NCBI GenBank assembly: GCA_963830715.1
Contig: CAWHNS010000002.1
Coordinates: forward strand, 217,482-281,481
DNA length: 64,000 nucleotides
Reading direction: 5' to 3'
From: an uncultured delta proteobacterium
Lineage (GTDB): Bacteria; Desulfobacterota; Binatia; Binatales; Binataceae
Positions 24,209 through 34,251 of the stretch are shown here, piece after piece (the first letter of the stretch is position 1; the number at the start of each line of letters is the position of its first letter). The notes under the pieces were generated by a model, which made no database searches, had not been told where the DNA came from, and was given only the letters and a program-made list of their open reading frames with translations. Made by a program: the position numbers and the translations under genes.

Positions 24209-25207
24209 ATGGCCACTGCTCTTAGCCGCAAGGATTTCGTCTCCGACCAGGAAGTGCGATGGTGCCCCGGATGCGGCGATTACGCGATTCTGGCGCAGGT
24301 GCAGAAGACGATGCCCGAGTTGGGCATCGCACGCGAGAACATCGTATTCATATCGGGAATCGGATGCTCGAGCCGGTTTCCGTATTACATGAACACCTAC
24401 GGCTTTCACACTATCCACGGCCGCGCACCGGCGCTCGCGACCGGGCTCAAGGTCTCGCGGCCCGAGCTCGACGTGTGGGTGGTCACCGGCGACGGCGACG
24501 CGCTCTCGATCGGCGGCAACCACTTCATCCACGTCCTGCGCCGCAACGTCGATCTGAAAATCCTGCTCTTCAACAACCGGATTTATGGGCTCACCAAGGG
24601 CCAGTACTCGCCGACCTCCGAAGTCGGCAAGATCACCAAGTCCACCCCGATGGGCTCGGTCAACTTTCCATTCAGCGCGCTGACTCTCGGCTTGGGAGCG
24701 CACGCCAGCTTCGCCGCGCGCTCGGTCAACGTCGAGCAGAAGCATCTGGGCGAGATGCTCAAGCGCGCCCACGCGCATCGCGGCTCGGCGTTTATCGAGA
24801 TCCTCCAGAACTGCAACATCTTCAACGACGGTGCATTCGACGACGTGAGCGACAAGGCGATCAAGGCGGAGCATCAGCTGGTCCTCGAGCACGGCAAGCC
24901 GCTGATCTTCGGCCGCAACCGCGACAAGGGAATCAGGATGAACGGGATGCGCCCGGAGGTCGTCAAGCTGGGCGGCGAGACCACCGAGAAGGACTTGGTG
25001 GTCCACGACGAGACCAACTTCCCGCTGGCGTTCATGCTCGCGAACTTCGAGCCGCCGATGCCCACGCCGATCGGCGTGTTCTACGCGGTCTCGCGCCCGA
25101 CCTACGACGGCGCGATGAACAAGCAGCTCGAAGACGCCAAGGCCAGGCTCGGCACCGGCGATATCAAGACGCTGCTCCGCCGCGGCGACACCTGGACGGT
25201 CAGCTAG
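24209..25207 (+). CDS. korB: 2-oxoacid:ferredoxin oxidoreductase, beta (TPP-binding) subunit
   Basis: WCPGCGDYAIL and TGDGDALSIGGNHF motifs. The start lies 5 nt after the alpha-subunit stop. Confidence 0.88.
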   Translation: MATALSRKDFVSDQEVRWCPGCGDYAILAQVQKTMPELGIARENIVFISGIGCSSRFPYYMNTYGFHTIHGRAPALATGLKVSRPELDVWVVTGDGDALSIGGNHFIHVLRRNVDLKILLFNNRIYGLTKGQYSPTSEVGKITKSTPMGSVNFPFSALTLGLGAHASFAARSVNVEQKHLGEMLKRAHAHRGSAFIEILQNCNIFNDGAFDDVSDKAIKAEHQLVLEHGKPLIFGRNRDKGIRMNGMRPEVVKLGGETTEKDLVVHDETNFPLAFMLANFEPPMPTPIGVFYAVSRPTYDGAMNKQLEDAKARLGTGDIKTLLRRGDTWTVS

Positions 25208-25345
25208 GGCCGGATTTTCCCCGCAGGCAACATTCCCGAAGGGCCGGCACTCGCGGGCGCATTACAGGTCCGGCGCCCCGCGCCCCGGCCCAGGTTGATC
25301 GGAACGGACGCTCCAGCGAACGATCTGCGTCGGATCCGTCCGCGA

Positions 25346-26288
25346 CTAGATCGGCTCCTCCGCGGCGGCGGGCTCTGCGACATCTTCAACCCGCGCGCTG
25401 GTGATGAAGAATACTGCGACGATCGTTAGTCCGATCGCGCCGACTTCCAGGCGGGTGACCGCTTCGCCCGCGAACAACGCGCCGACCGCAACCGCCACGA
25501 CCGGGTTCACATACGCGTGGCTGAGCGCGAGCGCCGGACGAGTGTGGCGGATCAGGTAAGTGAAGGCACTGAACCCCAGCAACGAACTGAAGATCGCGAG
25601 ATAAGCCCAAGCCGCGATCGACCTCAACGCCGGGATAGCATATATGCGCTCGCCGGTCGCGGCGCCCAGCAACAGAAGGATGCTGCCGCCGCAGATCATC
25701 AGCGTGGCGCTTGCCATCGAACCCGCAGGCAGTTCCATGTGCCGGCTCAACACGGAGCCAAGCCCCCAGCAGAGACTCGCCACCAATAGCGCGATCGCGG
25801 CGATCGGATGCGCGCGCAGACCGGACTGAGCGTTGAGCAGGATCATCGCGGCGAAGCCCAGCGCCAGCCCATACCATTCCGCACGATGGGGCCATCGTTC
25901 GAGGAGACCGGCGAACGCTACGGTCCAAAGTGGCGAGGTCGCCAGCAGCACCGCCGCCAGGCCCGAGTCCACCCATTGCTGCGCGAACGCGGTGCCGCCG
26001 CTCGCTACGCACATCAGCGGGAGCGCGACTGCTGCCGAAGCGATCCACTGGGCGCGGTTCGGGTTCGATGCGCCGCCGATTCTGAGCGCGCAATACAGTA
26101 CTGTGCCGGCCAATAACTGCCGCCCTCCGACCATCAGGAACGGCGGGATGCTGGCGACCGCCACGCGCGTCGCCAGGTATCCCGAACCCCAGATCAGGTA
26201 AACCGCGAGCGAGGCGAAGATGACCGTAGTCGGATCGGCGGAGGCGGTCAGCGCGGGCCGGGATCGCGCCGAGTGCGTTCCAAGTCAT
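25346..26288 (-). CDS. EamA/DMT-family transporter (apparent +1 frameshift between 26240 and 26288)
   Basis: Ten predicted TM helices. The conserved N-terminal segment (VIFASLAVYLIWGSGYLATRVAV) is in-frame upstream of the ORF-track start but has no start codon. The only start is the ATG at 26288, one base out of frame. Confidence 0.7.
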
Positions 26289-26548
26289 CCGAGTCCGCGT
26301 CGGGCTGTGTGATCCTCACTTGGGGCGGTTTGGCGCTCAATCGGATTGTCGATCACGCATATCCGTGCGATCCGGGGGACAGGATAATCGATCGCGTGAT
26401 CCGTGAAAACCGCAAGTGGCTCTTCCCGAGCGGCCCCGGCTTCAGCCGGTGAGTCACAGGCTCGAGCCGGTGCCGCTTCGATCTCCTTGTCTGCCCTCGC
26501 CGACTGCGCGCGGACGCCGGATGTGCTAAAGGGTCTCCGTGTGAAGGC

Positions 26549-27940
26549 ATGACGAACAGCCGCGATCTCTTCGGCCATCCGAAGGGATTGACTTTTCTCT
26601 TCACCACCGAGATGTGGGAGCGGTTTTCCTACTACGGGATGCGGTCGCTCCTTGTGCTCTACATGGTGAAGTTTCTGTTCCAGCCCGGCCGTGGCGAGAC
26701 CGTGCTGGGTCTCGGCGTTTTGAAGCACGCCCTCGAATCATTGTCCGGACCGCTCGACGCGCAACCGCTGGCGTCGACGGTCTACGGCTTATACACGGGG
26801 TTCGTATATCTGACGCCGATTTTCGGCGGCCTGCTCGCCGATCGCGTGCTGGGCCAGCGGCGCACCGTCGTTCTCGGCGCGATCCTGATGGCTATCGGCC
26901 ATTTCATGATGGCGGTCGATTCGCTGTTTCTGCTCGCGCTCCTGACGCTGATTCTGGGCAACGGCGCCTTCAAGCCGAATATCTCGACGCAGGTGGGCTC
27001 GCTCTACGCGCCGGGCGATCCTCGCCGCGATCGCGCCTACTCGATCTTCTATCTCGGCATCAATCTCGGCGCGTTCCTTGCACCGCTCGTCTGCGGCGCA
27101 CTCGGCGAAAAAGTCGGGTGGCGCTACGGCTTCGGAGCAGCCGGAATCGGGATGTCGATCGGCCTTGCGATCTATCTCTACGCGCTACGCGACTTGCCGA
27201 GCGACCGCCTGCACGGTACGAAATCCGAGCGCGTCGAAGAGAAGCGGCTCGATCGCGAAGGCCGTCGCGTGCTCGCCGCACTCCTGCTGATCTGCGTACC
27301 GGTCGCGCTTTTCTGGGCGGCGTATGAGCAGCAGGGCAACACGATGGTTCTCTGGGTGGACCGCTTCACGAATCGGTCGGTCAACCTGGCCTTCTGGAAG
27401 GGCGATATCCCGACGACCTGGTTTCTGGCGATCAACCCGTTGATGATTTTCGTGCTGACGCCGTTCATTGTCGAGTTGTGGTCCCGGCAGTCGAAGCGCG
27501 GACGGGAACCGTCGAGCGTCGCGAAGATGGCGCTCGGATGCATCGGCGTCGCGCTCGGCAATCTCATCATGGTGGTCGCGGCGTGGCATACGGGAACCGC
27601 GGGCAAGGCGAGTTGGCTCTGGGTGGTCGCCTATACGTTCGTCGTCACCGTCGGCGAGCTGTACCTCTCACCGGTTGGATTGTCGCTGGTTTCGAAAGCG
27701 GCACCGCCTTCGGCGATCTCAGTAATGATGGGGTTGTGGCTCGCGACGAGTTTTCCCGGCAATCTCCTCGCTGGCAGGCTCGGCCGATCATGGAACAGCA
27801 TGGAGAAGCCGTATTTCTTTCTGATGATCGCGGCCGTAGCGGCGGGCGCCGGCGCGGCTATCTGGATCTTGAGCCGCTTGCTGAAACCCGTCCTTGAAAA
27901 AAAACCAGCCGCGTCTCTCGCAAGCGCCGCAGCCGGCTAG
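26549..27940 (+). CDS. proton-dependent oligopeptide transporter (POT/PTR2, DtpT-like)
   Basis: GHPKGLTFLFTTEMWERFSYYGMRSLLVLYM and the FYLGINLGAFLAP signature motifs. Confidence 0.88.
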   Translation: MTNSRDLFGHPKGLTFLFTTEMWERFSYYGMRSLLVLYMVKFLFQPGRGETVLGLGVLKHALESLSGPLDAQPLASTVYGLYTGFVYLTPIFGGLLADRVLGQRRTVVLGAILMAIGHFMMAVDSLFLLALLTLILGNGAFKPNISTQVGSLYAPGDPRRDRAYSIFYLGINLGAFLAPLVCGALGEKVGWRYGFGAAGIGMSIGLAIYLYALRDLPSDRLHGTKSERVEEKRLDREGRRVLAALLLICVPVALFWAAYEQQGNTMVLWVDRFTNRSVNLAFWKGDIPTTWFLAINPLMIFVLTPFIVELWSRQSKRGREPSSVAKMALGCIGVALGNLIMVVAAWHTGTAGKASWLWVVAYTFVVTVGELYLSPVGLSLVSKAAPPSAISVMMGLWLATSFPGNLLAGRLGRSWNSMEKPYFFLMIAAVAAGAGAAIWILSRLLKPVLEKKPAASLASAAAG

Positions 27941-28000
27941 CGGATCGCGTCGTACGAGAGAGCCTGTTGCATGGCATAACCGGACGAGTAGGGTGAAAAA

Positions 28001-29191
28001 ATGCCGGGAGCGCTCGACGGACTGCGAGTCCTCGATCTGACCACGATGGTCGCCGGTCCCGTGGCCACCATGATGCTGGCCGATCAGGGCGCGGACGTTA
28101 TCAAGATCGAGTCGCCGGGCGGCGATCTCATGCGCCGGTTCACCCATTCGGCCGACCGGCTGCCGGCGTCGTTCCTGTCGTGCAATCGCAACAAGCGATC
28201 TCTCGCGCTCGATCTCAAGTCGCCCGAAGGGTTGGAAATTCTGAAGAAGCTGATCGCGACCGCCGACGTCTTCGTCCAGAATTTCCGGCCGGGCACGATC
28301 GAGCAGATGGGATTGGGCGAGGAGGTCGTGCGCGGCATCCGCAAAGACATCATCTATGTTTCCATCAGCGGATTCGGTGACAAGGGTCCATACGCACAGC
28401 GGCGCGCCTACGATCCGGTGATTCAGGCGCTCTCCGGCCTCGCGGAAATTCAGGCTGACTGGGAAACCGGCCGGCCCAGGATGGTGCGCGCGATCGTCGC
28501 GGATTGCACCACCGCGCTGACCGTCGCGCAGGCCATCACCGCCGCGCTGGTCGCCAAGGAGCGGTCCGGAATCGGACAGCACGTGCGAATCGCGATGCTC
28601 GACGCGATGATCGCGTATCTGTGGCCTGAGGCGATGCCGAGCCTGACCTATGTCGGCGAGGAGTCGGACCCATCGCTGGGGCAACGGGGGCCCGATCTCG
28701 TGTACGCGACGCAGGATCGATACATCACAGCCGGCGCGATGTCGGACGCCGAATGGGTGGGAATGTGCAGGGCGCTCGACCTCGAGAATCTGATCGACGA
28801 TCCCCGCCTCAAGACGACTGCGGCGCGCGCCTACAACTCCGCCGAACGGCGCCGTCTGGTCGCCGCTGAACTGGAGAAATGGCGCGCCGATGAAATTCTG
28901 CCCCGGCTCCTGGAACACGATGTGCCTTCCGCGCCGGTGTTGAGCCGCTTCGAACTGATGCAGGATCCGCAGATCAGGGAGAGCGGAATTCTCGAAGAGC
29001 ACCAATACGCGACGTGCACGGTGCGCCAGCCGCGCCCCGCTGCGCGCTTCGATCGCACGCCGGCTGAGGTGCGCACGCTGGCGCCGCAACTCGGACAGGA
29101 CAATTCGGCCATCCTCGATGAACTCGGCTACGGAGCCGAGGACATCGCGCGCCTGACTCGCGAGCGAATCCTGCACGCTCGCCGAAGCTGA
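28001..29191 (+). CDS. family III CoA-transferase (CaiB/BaiF)
   Basis: The N-terminus LDGLRVLDLTTMVAGPVATMMLADQGADVIKIE is typical of the family. Confidence 0.85.
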   Translation: MPGALDGLRVLDLTTMVAGPVATMMLADQGADVIKIESPGGDLMRRFTHSADRLPASFLSCNRNKRSLALDLKSPEGLEILKKLIATADVFVQNFRPGTIEQMGLGEEVVRGIRKDIIYVSISGFGDKGPYAQRRAYDPVIQALSGLAEIQADWETGRPRMVRAIVADCTTALTVAQAITAALVAKERSGIGQHVRIAMLDAMIAYLWPEAMPSLTYVGEESDPSLGQRGPDLVYATQDRYITAGAMSDAEWVGMCRALDLENLIDDPRLKTTAARAYNSAERRRLVAAELEKWRADEILPRLLEHDVPSAPVLSRFELMQDPQIRESGILEEHQYATCTVRQPRPAARFDRTPAEVRTLAPQLGQDNSAILDELGYGAEDIARLTRERILHARRS

Positions 29192-29198
29192 AATCGCG

Positions 29199-29795
29199 AT
29201 GGGAAAAGATCTGGAGTTCTTCTTCGATTACGGAAGTCCGTGGAGTTACATGGCCGACTCCCAACTCCCCGCGCTGGCGGCGCGCACAGGTGCTACCATC
29301 ACCTACATTCCGATGCTCCTCGGCGGAGTATTCAAGGCGACCGGCAATCAGTCGCCGGCGAATTCGACGGTGCAGGCCAAGCTCAAGTACGGCGGGATCG
29401 ACATGATGCGATGGGTCAGGCGCTATGGCGTACCCTTCAAGCGCAATCCGCATTTTCCGGTCAACACGATGAAGATCATGCGCGGCGCGATCGCGGCGCA
29501 GATGCGCGGATTTTTTCCGCGCTACCATCGTGCGATGTTCGCCGGAATGTGGGAGCGGGAACTCAAACTCGACGACGACGCGGTGATCCACACGGCACTT
29601 GAAGCGGCGGGACTCGATGCGCCATTGCTCTTACAGTTGATCGAGCGCCAGGAAGTCAAGGACAAACTCAGGGCGAACACCGATCTGGGGGTGGCGCGCG
29701 GCGTATTCGGCGCTCCCGCATTCTTCGTCGATGACGAGCTGTACTGGGGCAACGATCGTCTGGATTTCGTCGAGGCCGCGCTGATCGGCGACTGA
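29199..29795 (+). CDS. 2-hydroxychromene-2-carboxylate isomerase / DsbA-like (GST kappa) family
   Basis: FFFDYGSPWSYM at the N-terminus and GVFGAPAFFVDDELYWGNDRL at the C-terminus. Confidence 0.8.
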   Translation: MGKDLEFFFDYGSPWSYMADSQLPALAARTGATITYIPMLLGGVFKATGNQSPANSTVQAKLKYGGIDMMRWVRRYGVPFKRNPHFPVNTMKIMRGAIAAQMRGFFPRYHRAMFAGMWERELKLDDDAVIHTALEAAGLDAPLLLQLIERQEVKDKLRANTDLGVARGVFGAPAFFVDDELYWGNDRLDFVEAALIGD

Positions 29796-29903
29796 TCTCG
29801 CGGCGATCCGCGAGATCGGACGTGCTCGGGCGATGAATCGACGACCTTCCACTTATTGCGCCGATAGAAAAAGGACGAAAAGAAGAACCGGGAGGAGAAC
29901 GAA

Positions 29904-30593
29904 ATGATTGACCTTTACTATTGGCCTACGCCGAACGGACACAAGATCACGATCTATCTCGAAGAAACCGGGCTGGAGTACCGCATCGTTCCCGTCAACA
30001 TCCGCGAGGGCGATCAGTTCAAGCCCGAGTTCCTGAAGATCAGTCCGAACAACCGGATGCCCGCGATCGTCGATTCCGACGGACCCGGCGGCAAGCCGAT
30101 TTCGCTGTTCGAGTCGGGCGCGATCCTGCTCTATCTCGGCGAGAAGACCGGCAAGTTGCTGCCCTTGAAATCCGCGCGCGTTATGAAGTCGTGCAGTGGC
30201 TGATGTTCCAGATGGCGAACGTCGGTCCGATGTTCGGCCAGCGCGGCCATTTCCTGCGCGCGGCGCCCGAGAAGATTCCGTACGCGATCGAACGATACAC
30301 CAACGAGTCACGCCGGCTGCTAGACGTGATGGACCGGCGGCTCGGCCAGTCCGCATACCTGGCGGGCGACTACTCGATCGCCGACATCGCAACCTACCCG
30401 TGGGTAGTAGGCACCCGTCGCGAGCCGGAACAACTCGAGTAGCCGTCCCAACTTCAAGCGCTGGCTCGAAGCGATCTCAGAGCGCCCCGCGGTAAAGCGC
30501 GGCGTGGCGGTGATGGCCAACCTGCCGCAACAACCGCTCGACGACAAGGCGCGATCGATACTATACGGCGCCAAACAATTCGAGCGCCGCTGA
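29904..30593 (+). CDS. Nu-class glutathione S-transferase (YfcG-like), two apparent frameshifts (near 30165 and 30440)
   Basis: [21 protein letters not shown]...[12 protein letters not shown]...[17 protein letters not shown] closely matches YfcG. The continuation ([33 protein letters not shown]) and the end ([19 protein letters not shown]...FERR, stop 30591-30593) lie in the other two frames. Confidence 0.8.
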
Positions 30594-30656
30594 CTGGCGA
30601 GCGAGGATAGCGGACCGTCTGGCGAGGCGTTTGACATAGGCAGCGAGGGCGCCGAT

Positions 30657-30953
30657 ATGTCTAAGCTGGGAAAAAGGCCGATCAGGGCCGCCAAGGAAGT
30701 CCACGGAATCGTAAGCGGCGAGATTACGTCCGGTTTTGTCGTGCATGTCCCGGATGATGTTGACGTGAAAGCGCTGAGAAAGCGGCTCGGCTATTCGCAG
30801 TCGCAATTTTCGCGACGCTTCGGGTTCGCCATCGACGCGGTACAGGATTGGGAGCAGCGTCGCAGGACGCCGGACCGAACGGCGCGCGTTTTCTTGACCG
30901 TCATAGCGCGCGAACCGGAGGCGGTCAGCCGCGCGCTGGGGCGATCACACTGA
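30657..30953 (+). CDS. XRE-type HTH protein, COG2944-like (antitoxin-like), no partner toxin seen
   Basis: VKALRKRLGYSQSQFSRRFGFAIDAVQDWEQRRRTPDRTARVFL resembles the HTH of HigA/YiaG-like antitoxins. No small toxin ORF is adjacent. Confidence 0.55.
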   Translation: MSKLGKRPIRAAKEVHGIVSGEITSGFVVHVPDDVDVKALRKRLGYSQSQFSRRFGFAIDAVQDWEQRRRTPDRTARVFLTVIAREPEAVSRALGRSH

Positions 30954-31070
30954 AGAATCGCCTCCCACAACGCGAGCAGAGAGACCGTCTGGCGACCGCC
31001 GTCAGTCCAATATAAAACGATCGCAAGCGCCCCCTTAGCTCAGATGGATAGAGCACAGGATTCCTAATCC
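30952..31070. repeat. direct repeat, left copy (tRNA-Arg upstream flank plus tRNA 5' half)
   Basis: Matches 34416-34533 except at cctcccacaacg versus cctccgcaacg. Confidence 0.9.
31029..31070 (+). pseudogene. truncated tRNA-Arg(CCT) fragment (positions 1 to about 42 only)
   Basis: gcccccttagctcagatggatagagcacaggattcctaatcc is identical to the 5' part of the intact gene at 34492. It then diverges (attacgg...), with no T-arm or 3' acceptor strand. Confidence 0.85.
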
Positions 31071-31338
31071 ATTACGGAACGTAGGGATTTCGTGCCAACG
31101 GGGCGTTATCGAGGAAAATCGGGGCTATTCTGGATCGATAGCGCCCCGTCCCGACCCGTCAAAACCGATAGCGGTCAAGAGTTTGGTGCCAAGTCGGTGC
31201 CAGTTTTTTGGGAGGCGCGCGGCGCTCATCGCCTGGGATCGGCGGCTCCGCGAGATTCTGAGGCAAGCCCGCGCCCAAGGTGATCGAGCTTCACCCGACC
31301 GTCGCGGCTTGAAAACGCACGCCGCAAAATCCGTGGTT

Positions 31339-31806
31339 CTAGGGCTGCACGCTGAAAGTCCCGTGAACCGTGATGATATTGGTTTTGGAAGTCGCGATCG
31401 TTCCGGTAACTCGGCCCTCGAATGAAGGGCCGCCCGGAGTAAAAACTAGATCTAAGCCGCCGATATAACCGGTTCCGCATTGGAGTCCCATGGCCACGCC
31501 GACCAGATCTTGTCCGTCTTCCTCTAGAATCTCCGAATAGATCGGCAGGCAGCCGCCCACTTCGACCCCCTCGTCCGCGCCTTCAAGTATTTGGATACTA
31601 GTTTTGTGGCCCGACTTGATCAGTGTCCCCTCTAGCAAGGTGCAATAGCACTGGCCGGAGGCGCAGTACGAATCAAAACCGTCGTCGCAGGTTCCGTTGT
31701 TGAAAAGCCCCGATGCGCTGAATGAGCCGGTGACGACTCCCGCCCGCGCGGGAATGGCGGCCAGCAGTACCGTGATCAGGAAAAGCGGAAGTGTTTTGAT
31801 CGTCAT
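31339..31806 (-). CDS. hypothetical secreted protein (Cys/Gly-rich)
   Basis: Signal peptide MTIKTLPLFLITVLLAAIPARA. No recognised family. Lies in the AT-richer island. Confidence 0.5.
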   Translation of the reverse strand: MTIKTLPLFLITVLLAAIPARAGVVTGSFSASGLFNNGTCDDGFDSYCASGQCYCTLLEGTLIKSGHKTSIQILEGADEGVEVGGCLPIYSEILEEDGQDLVGVAMGLQCGTGYIGGLDLVFTPGGPSFEGRVTGTIATSKTNIITVHGTFSVQP

Positions 31807-31858
31807 TTTGAACTCTCCTTATTGCGCGGCCCGTCATCTTACTCGTTGGTCAATCTTC

Positions 31859-32477
31859 TCAAGCAACAGGGCGCTGGGCTTTCTTACATTCCTTCCGGGA
31901 GCAAAATATGTCGTGAGCATTGTCATAAATCGGAACATCCTGATCTTTGTGAGCAGCGTCCATTGCCGCTTTGACCACCGCCAAGCCGATGCGCGGAACA
32001 TTCTGATCCTTGTGGGCCGCGTCCATCGTATTCAGCCAGCGGGTCTTTACCCATACGAGAAGCAATCGGTAACGAGAAGCCTGCTCGCCAGGATAGAGGA
32101 GCGTCAGATCAACAACACAACTAACCTGAGCAACCGGAATCGCAACCTCGTCCTGCGTTGATTGAGCGCCGCAATCGCAACCGCCCTTATCCTGAGCGGC
32201 GCAAGTTACCCCATTAGGTGCGCAGCCAAGGAAAAACATAGCGACGCCATACAGCGTGCCACGGCTCGCGACGCCGGGCGGGCAAGGATCGATCAAAATG
32301 CAGCTATGTGTTTTGGCGTTCGGCAATTCCGATAGTTCGGTAACAAATTTCATTCAAGGCTGCTCCGTCGCTATGAGTTTGCATTTCTCGACTTTCGTCA
32401 AAGGGCGAACCGCCCGCGAGGGCCGGGGAGCCCGCGAACAGGAGCGCGAGCGCCGCCACGATCCCGCGCCGGTTTCA
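31859..32477 (-). CDS. hypothetical secreted Cys-rich protein with internal MDAAHKDQxVP duplication (reading frame broken twice near 32355 and 32460)
   Basis: The ATG at 32477 overlaps the stop of the upstream gene (ATGA). The signal-like MKPAR/GIVAALALLFAGSPALAGG needs one base skipped, and the body is ORF 31859..32353. Which parts are real coding sequence is uncertain. Confidence 0.35.
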
Positions 32478-32858
32478 TTGTCCTATCTTTTCGATACATC
32501 GCTGAAAAACTTGCTCTGCTAGGTATTCTCCGGGTAGCGAACGAAACGCGTACACTTCAGCAACGACCCTAAGCTCGTCGGCTTCAATCTGATTTTTTTC
32601 AGCCTGCGAGAGGGGCTGGTATTTCTGCTCGCGCTGGTGTCTTTCCGCGCCATCATGGATTAAGGTTATCCACTCAGATTCCGGCATGCCGTCATTCCGG
32701 GTCTTCGCCGCATATAGGACAAGGGCTCTCTCAGCTTTGCATTGCGAGATTCCCGACGCGATTACATCGGCATCCAGATCGGACTCCTGCGCCCGCGCCG
32801 GACCCGCGAGCAGCAGCCCCACAAGAAAAACCGGCCACACTTTGAGTACCATGAACAT
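32475..32858 (-). CDS. small secreted protein, paralog 1 of island cassette
   Basis: The AGGAGA RBS and M(F)MVLKVWPVFLVGLLLAGPARAQESDL signal peptide are identical to the gene at 33784..34134. Both end in FRSLPGEYLAEQxFQRCIEKxGQ. The ORF-track N-terminal extension is unlikely. Confidence 0.55.
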   Translation of the reverse strand: MFMVLKVWPVFLVGLLLAGPARAQESDLDADVIASGISQCKAERALVLYAAKTRNDGMPESEWITLIHDGAERHQREQKYQPLSQAEKNQIEADELRVVAEVYAFRSLPGEYLAEQVFQRCIEKIGQ

Positions 32859-32976
32859 ACTCTCCTGATAGACGTGTTCCACGTCTGTCTGTAGCATCAC
32901 CCTGCCACGGAAAACGAGGCAAGCCCCCGTTCGGAGCAGCCGAGTCCGCCGCGCCCGCGTAGCTGCGGGGCGGAAG
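32776..32976. repeat. 201-nt direct repeat, copy 1 (5' region plus signal peptide of small secreted protein gene)
   Basis: Differs from 34052-34251 by one single-base indel and one substitution (hand alignment). Confidence 0.9.
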
Positions 32977-33167
32977 GGGATGCGAGGGAGCGGCGATGAG
33001 AGGCGGCAAAGCACAAATCCCTTTCATAGATCGGAATGTCCCTTGAAGCGGGTTCTCGCTTTTTACGGCGCGGGTTCGATTCGCCAGGACAGCCGCTCTA
33101 CGGTCCGATAAGGCTCCGACCGGGGTGCCTGCGCAGAAGACCGCTTCGATGGTCAATCGACAGATTC

Positions 33168-33787
33168 TCACTTGCCCAAGTTCTCGGCCATGGTGGTAGC
33201 ATAGTCACAGTCAAACCAGTCGCGCGCGATGCAACGTTGGGCGGCCTTAAGTGGCAGATCATATTCGCAGACGAGTTGATGTAGCCGGTTTTCGAGGCCG
33301 TCCTTTACTCGCGCGTCACTCCAGAATTGCGGCCAAAGGTTGCGTGGATCATTTGATCCACCTAGTTCTAACGGAATCAAATGATCAAGTTCGCAGCAGG
33401 TATCGTCGGCCCCCTTTGGCAATAACACCGGGCCGGGTTTGCGGTTGTATTCGGCAAAAATTCTCTTCCGTATGTCATCGGGTACTTGGCGCTGGCGCTT
33501 GGCCCATCCGACTGAACAGACATCGGCTTTCGTTATTCCCGGAATCGAATCTCCCGGTGTCAGATACGAATTTGGCTCGGTTTGCTCTCTTTCCATTTCG
33601 TTCAGCGCGATGGCTTCGGTCGTGGTTCCCGATGACCAACCTACTAGGTCGGGGTCGTGATATGATCCAGTTGCGATGGCCTCGATCTTCGCGATGGTAA
33701 GCGCCACATGGCTCCTCACGTCCTGCGCGCGCGCCGAGGAACCGCGAGCAGGACCGCGAGGACTGCTGCCGTGATTCCCGGTTTCAT
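33168..33787 (-). CDS. secreted HNH-motif nuclease-like protein (signal peptide separated by an apparent -1 frameshift near 33730)
   Basis: CCELDHLIPLELGGSNDPRNLWPQ...KDGLENRLHQLVC is the HNH (His-Me finger) pattern seen in secreted and lipoprotein HNH proteins. MKPGITAAVLAVLLAVPRRARA starts at the ATG at 33787, which overlaps the upstream stop (ATGA). Confidence 0.65.
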
Positions 33788-34134
33788 TGCCCTACCTTTT
33801 CGATACATCGCTGAAAATCCTGCTCTGCTAGATATTCTCCGGGTAGCGAACGAAACCCGTACACTTCAGCGAGGAGCTTAAGGTACGAGGCTTCTTCCTG
33901 ATTTTTGAAAGCTTGCGAGTAGGGTTCCTTTTCCACTGTATCGTGCATAATGTTTATAAACTTAGATTCGGGGGCACCCCGATCACGATTCTTCGCAATC
34001 GCTAGGACTAAGGATCTGTCGGATTTGCATCCCGAGAGTTGCACCGCGATTAGATCGGACTCCTGCGCCCGCGCCGGACCCGCGAGCAGCAGCCCCACAA
34101 GAAAAACCGGCCACACTTTGAGTACCATGAACAT
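33784..34134 (-). CDS. small secreted protein, paralog 2 of island cassette
   Basis: Same signal peptide and C-terminal motif as 32475..32858, with a strongly diverged central 70 aa. Confidence 0.55.
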   Translation of the reverse strand: MFMVLKVWPVFLVGLLLAGPARAQESDLIAVQLSGCKSDRSLVLAIAKNRDRGAPESKFINIMHDTVEKEPYSQAFKNQEEASYLKLLAEVYGFRSLPGEYLAEQDFQRCIEKVGQ

Positions 34135-34251
34135 ACTCTCCTGATAGACGTGTTCCACGTCTGTCTGTAGCATCACCCTGCCACGGAAACGAGGCAAGCC
34201 CCCGTTCGGGGCAGCCGAGTCCGCCGCGCCCGCGTAGCTGCGGGGCGGAAG
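34052..34251. repeat. 200-nt direct repeat, copy 2
   Basis: See 32776-32976. Confidence 0.9.

Noticed and set aside
22075-24231. A 718-aa minus-strand ORF
   Set aside because: It is antisense to the clearly conserved korA gene, and its Arg/Gly/Asp-rich composition is typical of shadow ORFs in high-GC DNA. The same reasoning applies to 52111..54252 (antisense to D-aminoacylase), 27788..29176 (antisense to CoA-transferase), 46985..48076 (antisense to amidohydrolase), 60520..61647 (antisense to kdpA), 1910..2815, 3190..4359, 19409..20362 and 20528..21277.
30440-30442. The in-frame TAG in the GST gene as a possible recoding site
   Set aside because: The downstream conserved sequence ([19 protein letters not shown]) is in a different frame, so this is a frameshift-created stop. 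That contrasts with the TGA in the rhodanese gene, where the frame is unchanged.
31029-31070. A second functional tRNA-Arg gene
   Set aside because: Only the 5' 42 nt are present. The T-arm and 3' acceptor strand are missing.
31071-31338. A possible integrase or recombinase remnant next to the truncated tRNA
   Set aside because: None of the six frames shows tyrosine- or serine-recombinase motifs that I can recognise. A profile search is still needed for a firm negative.
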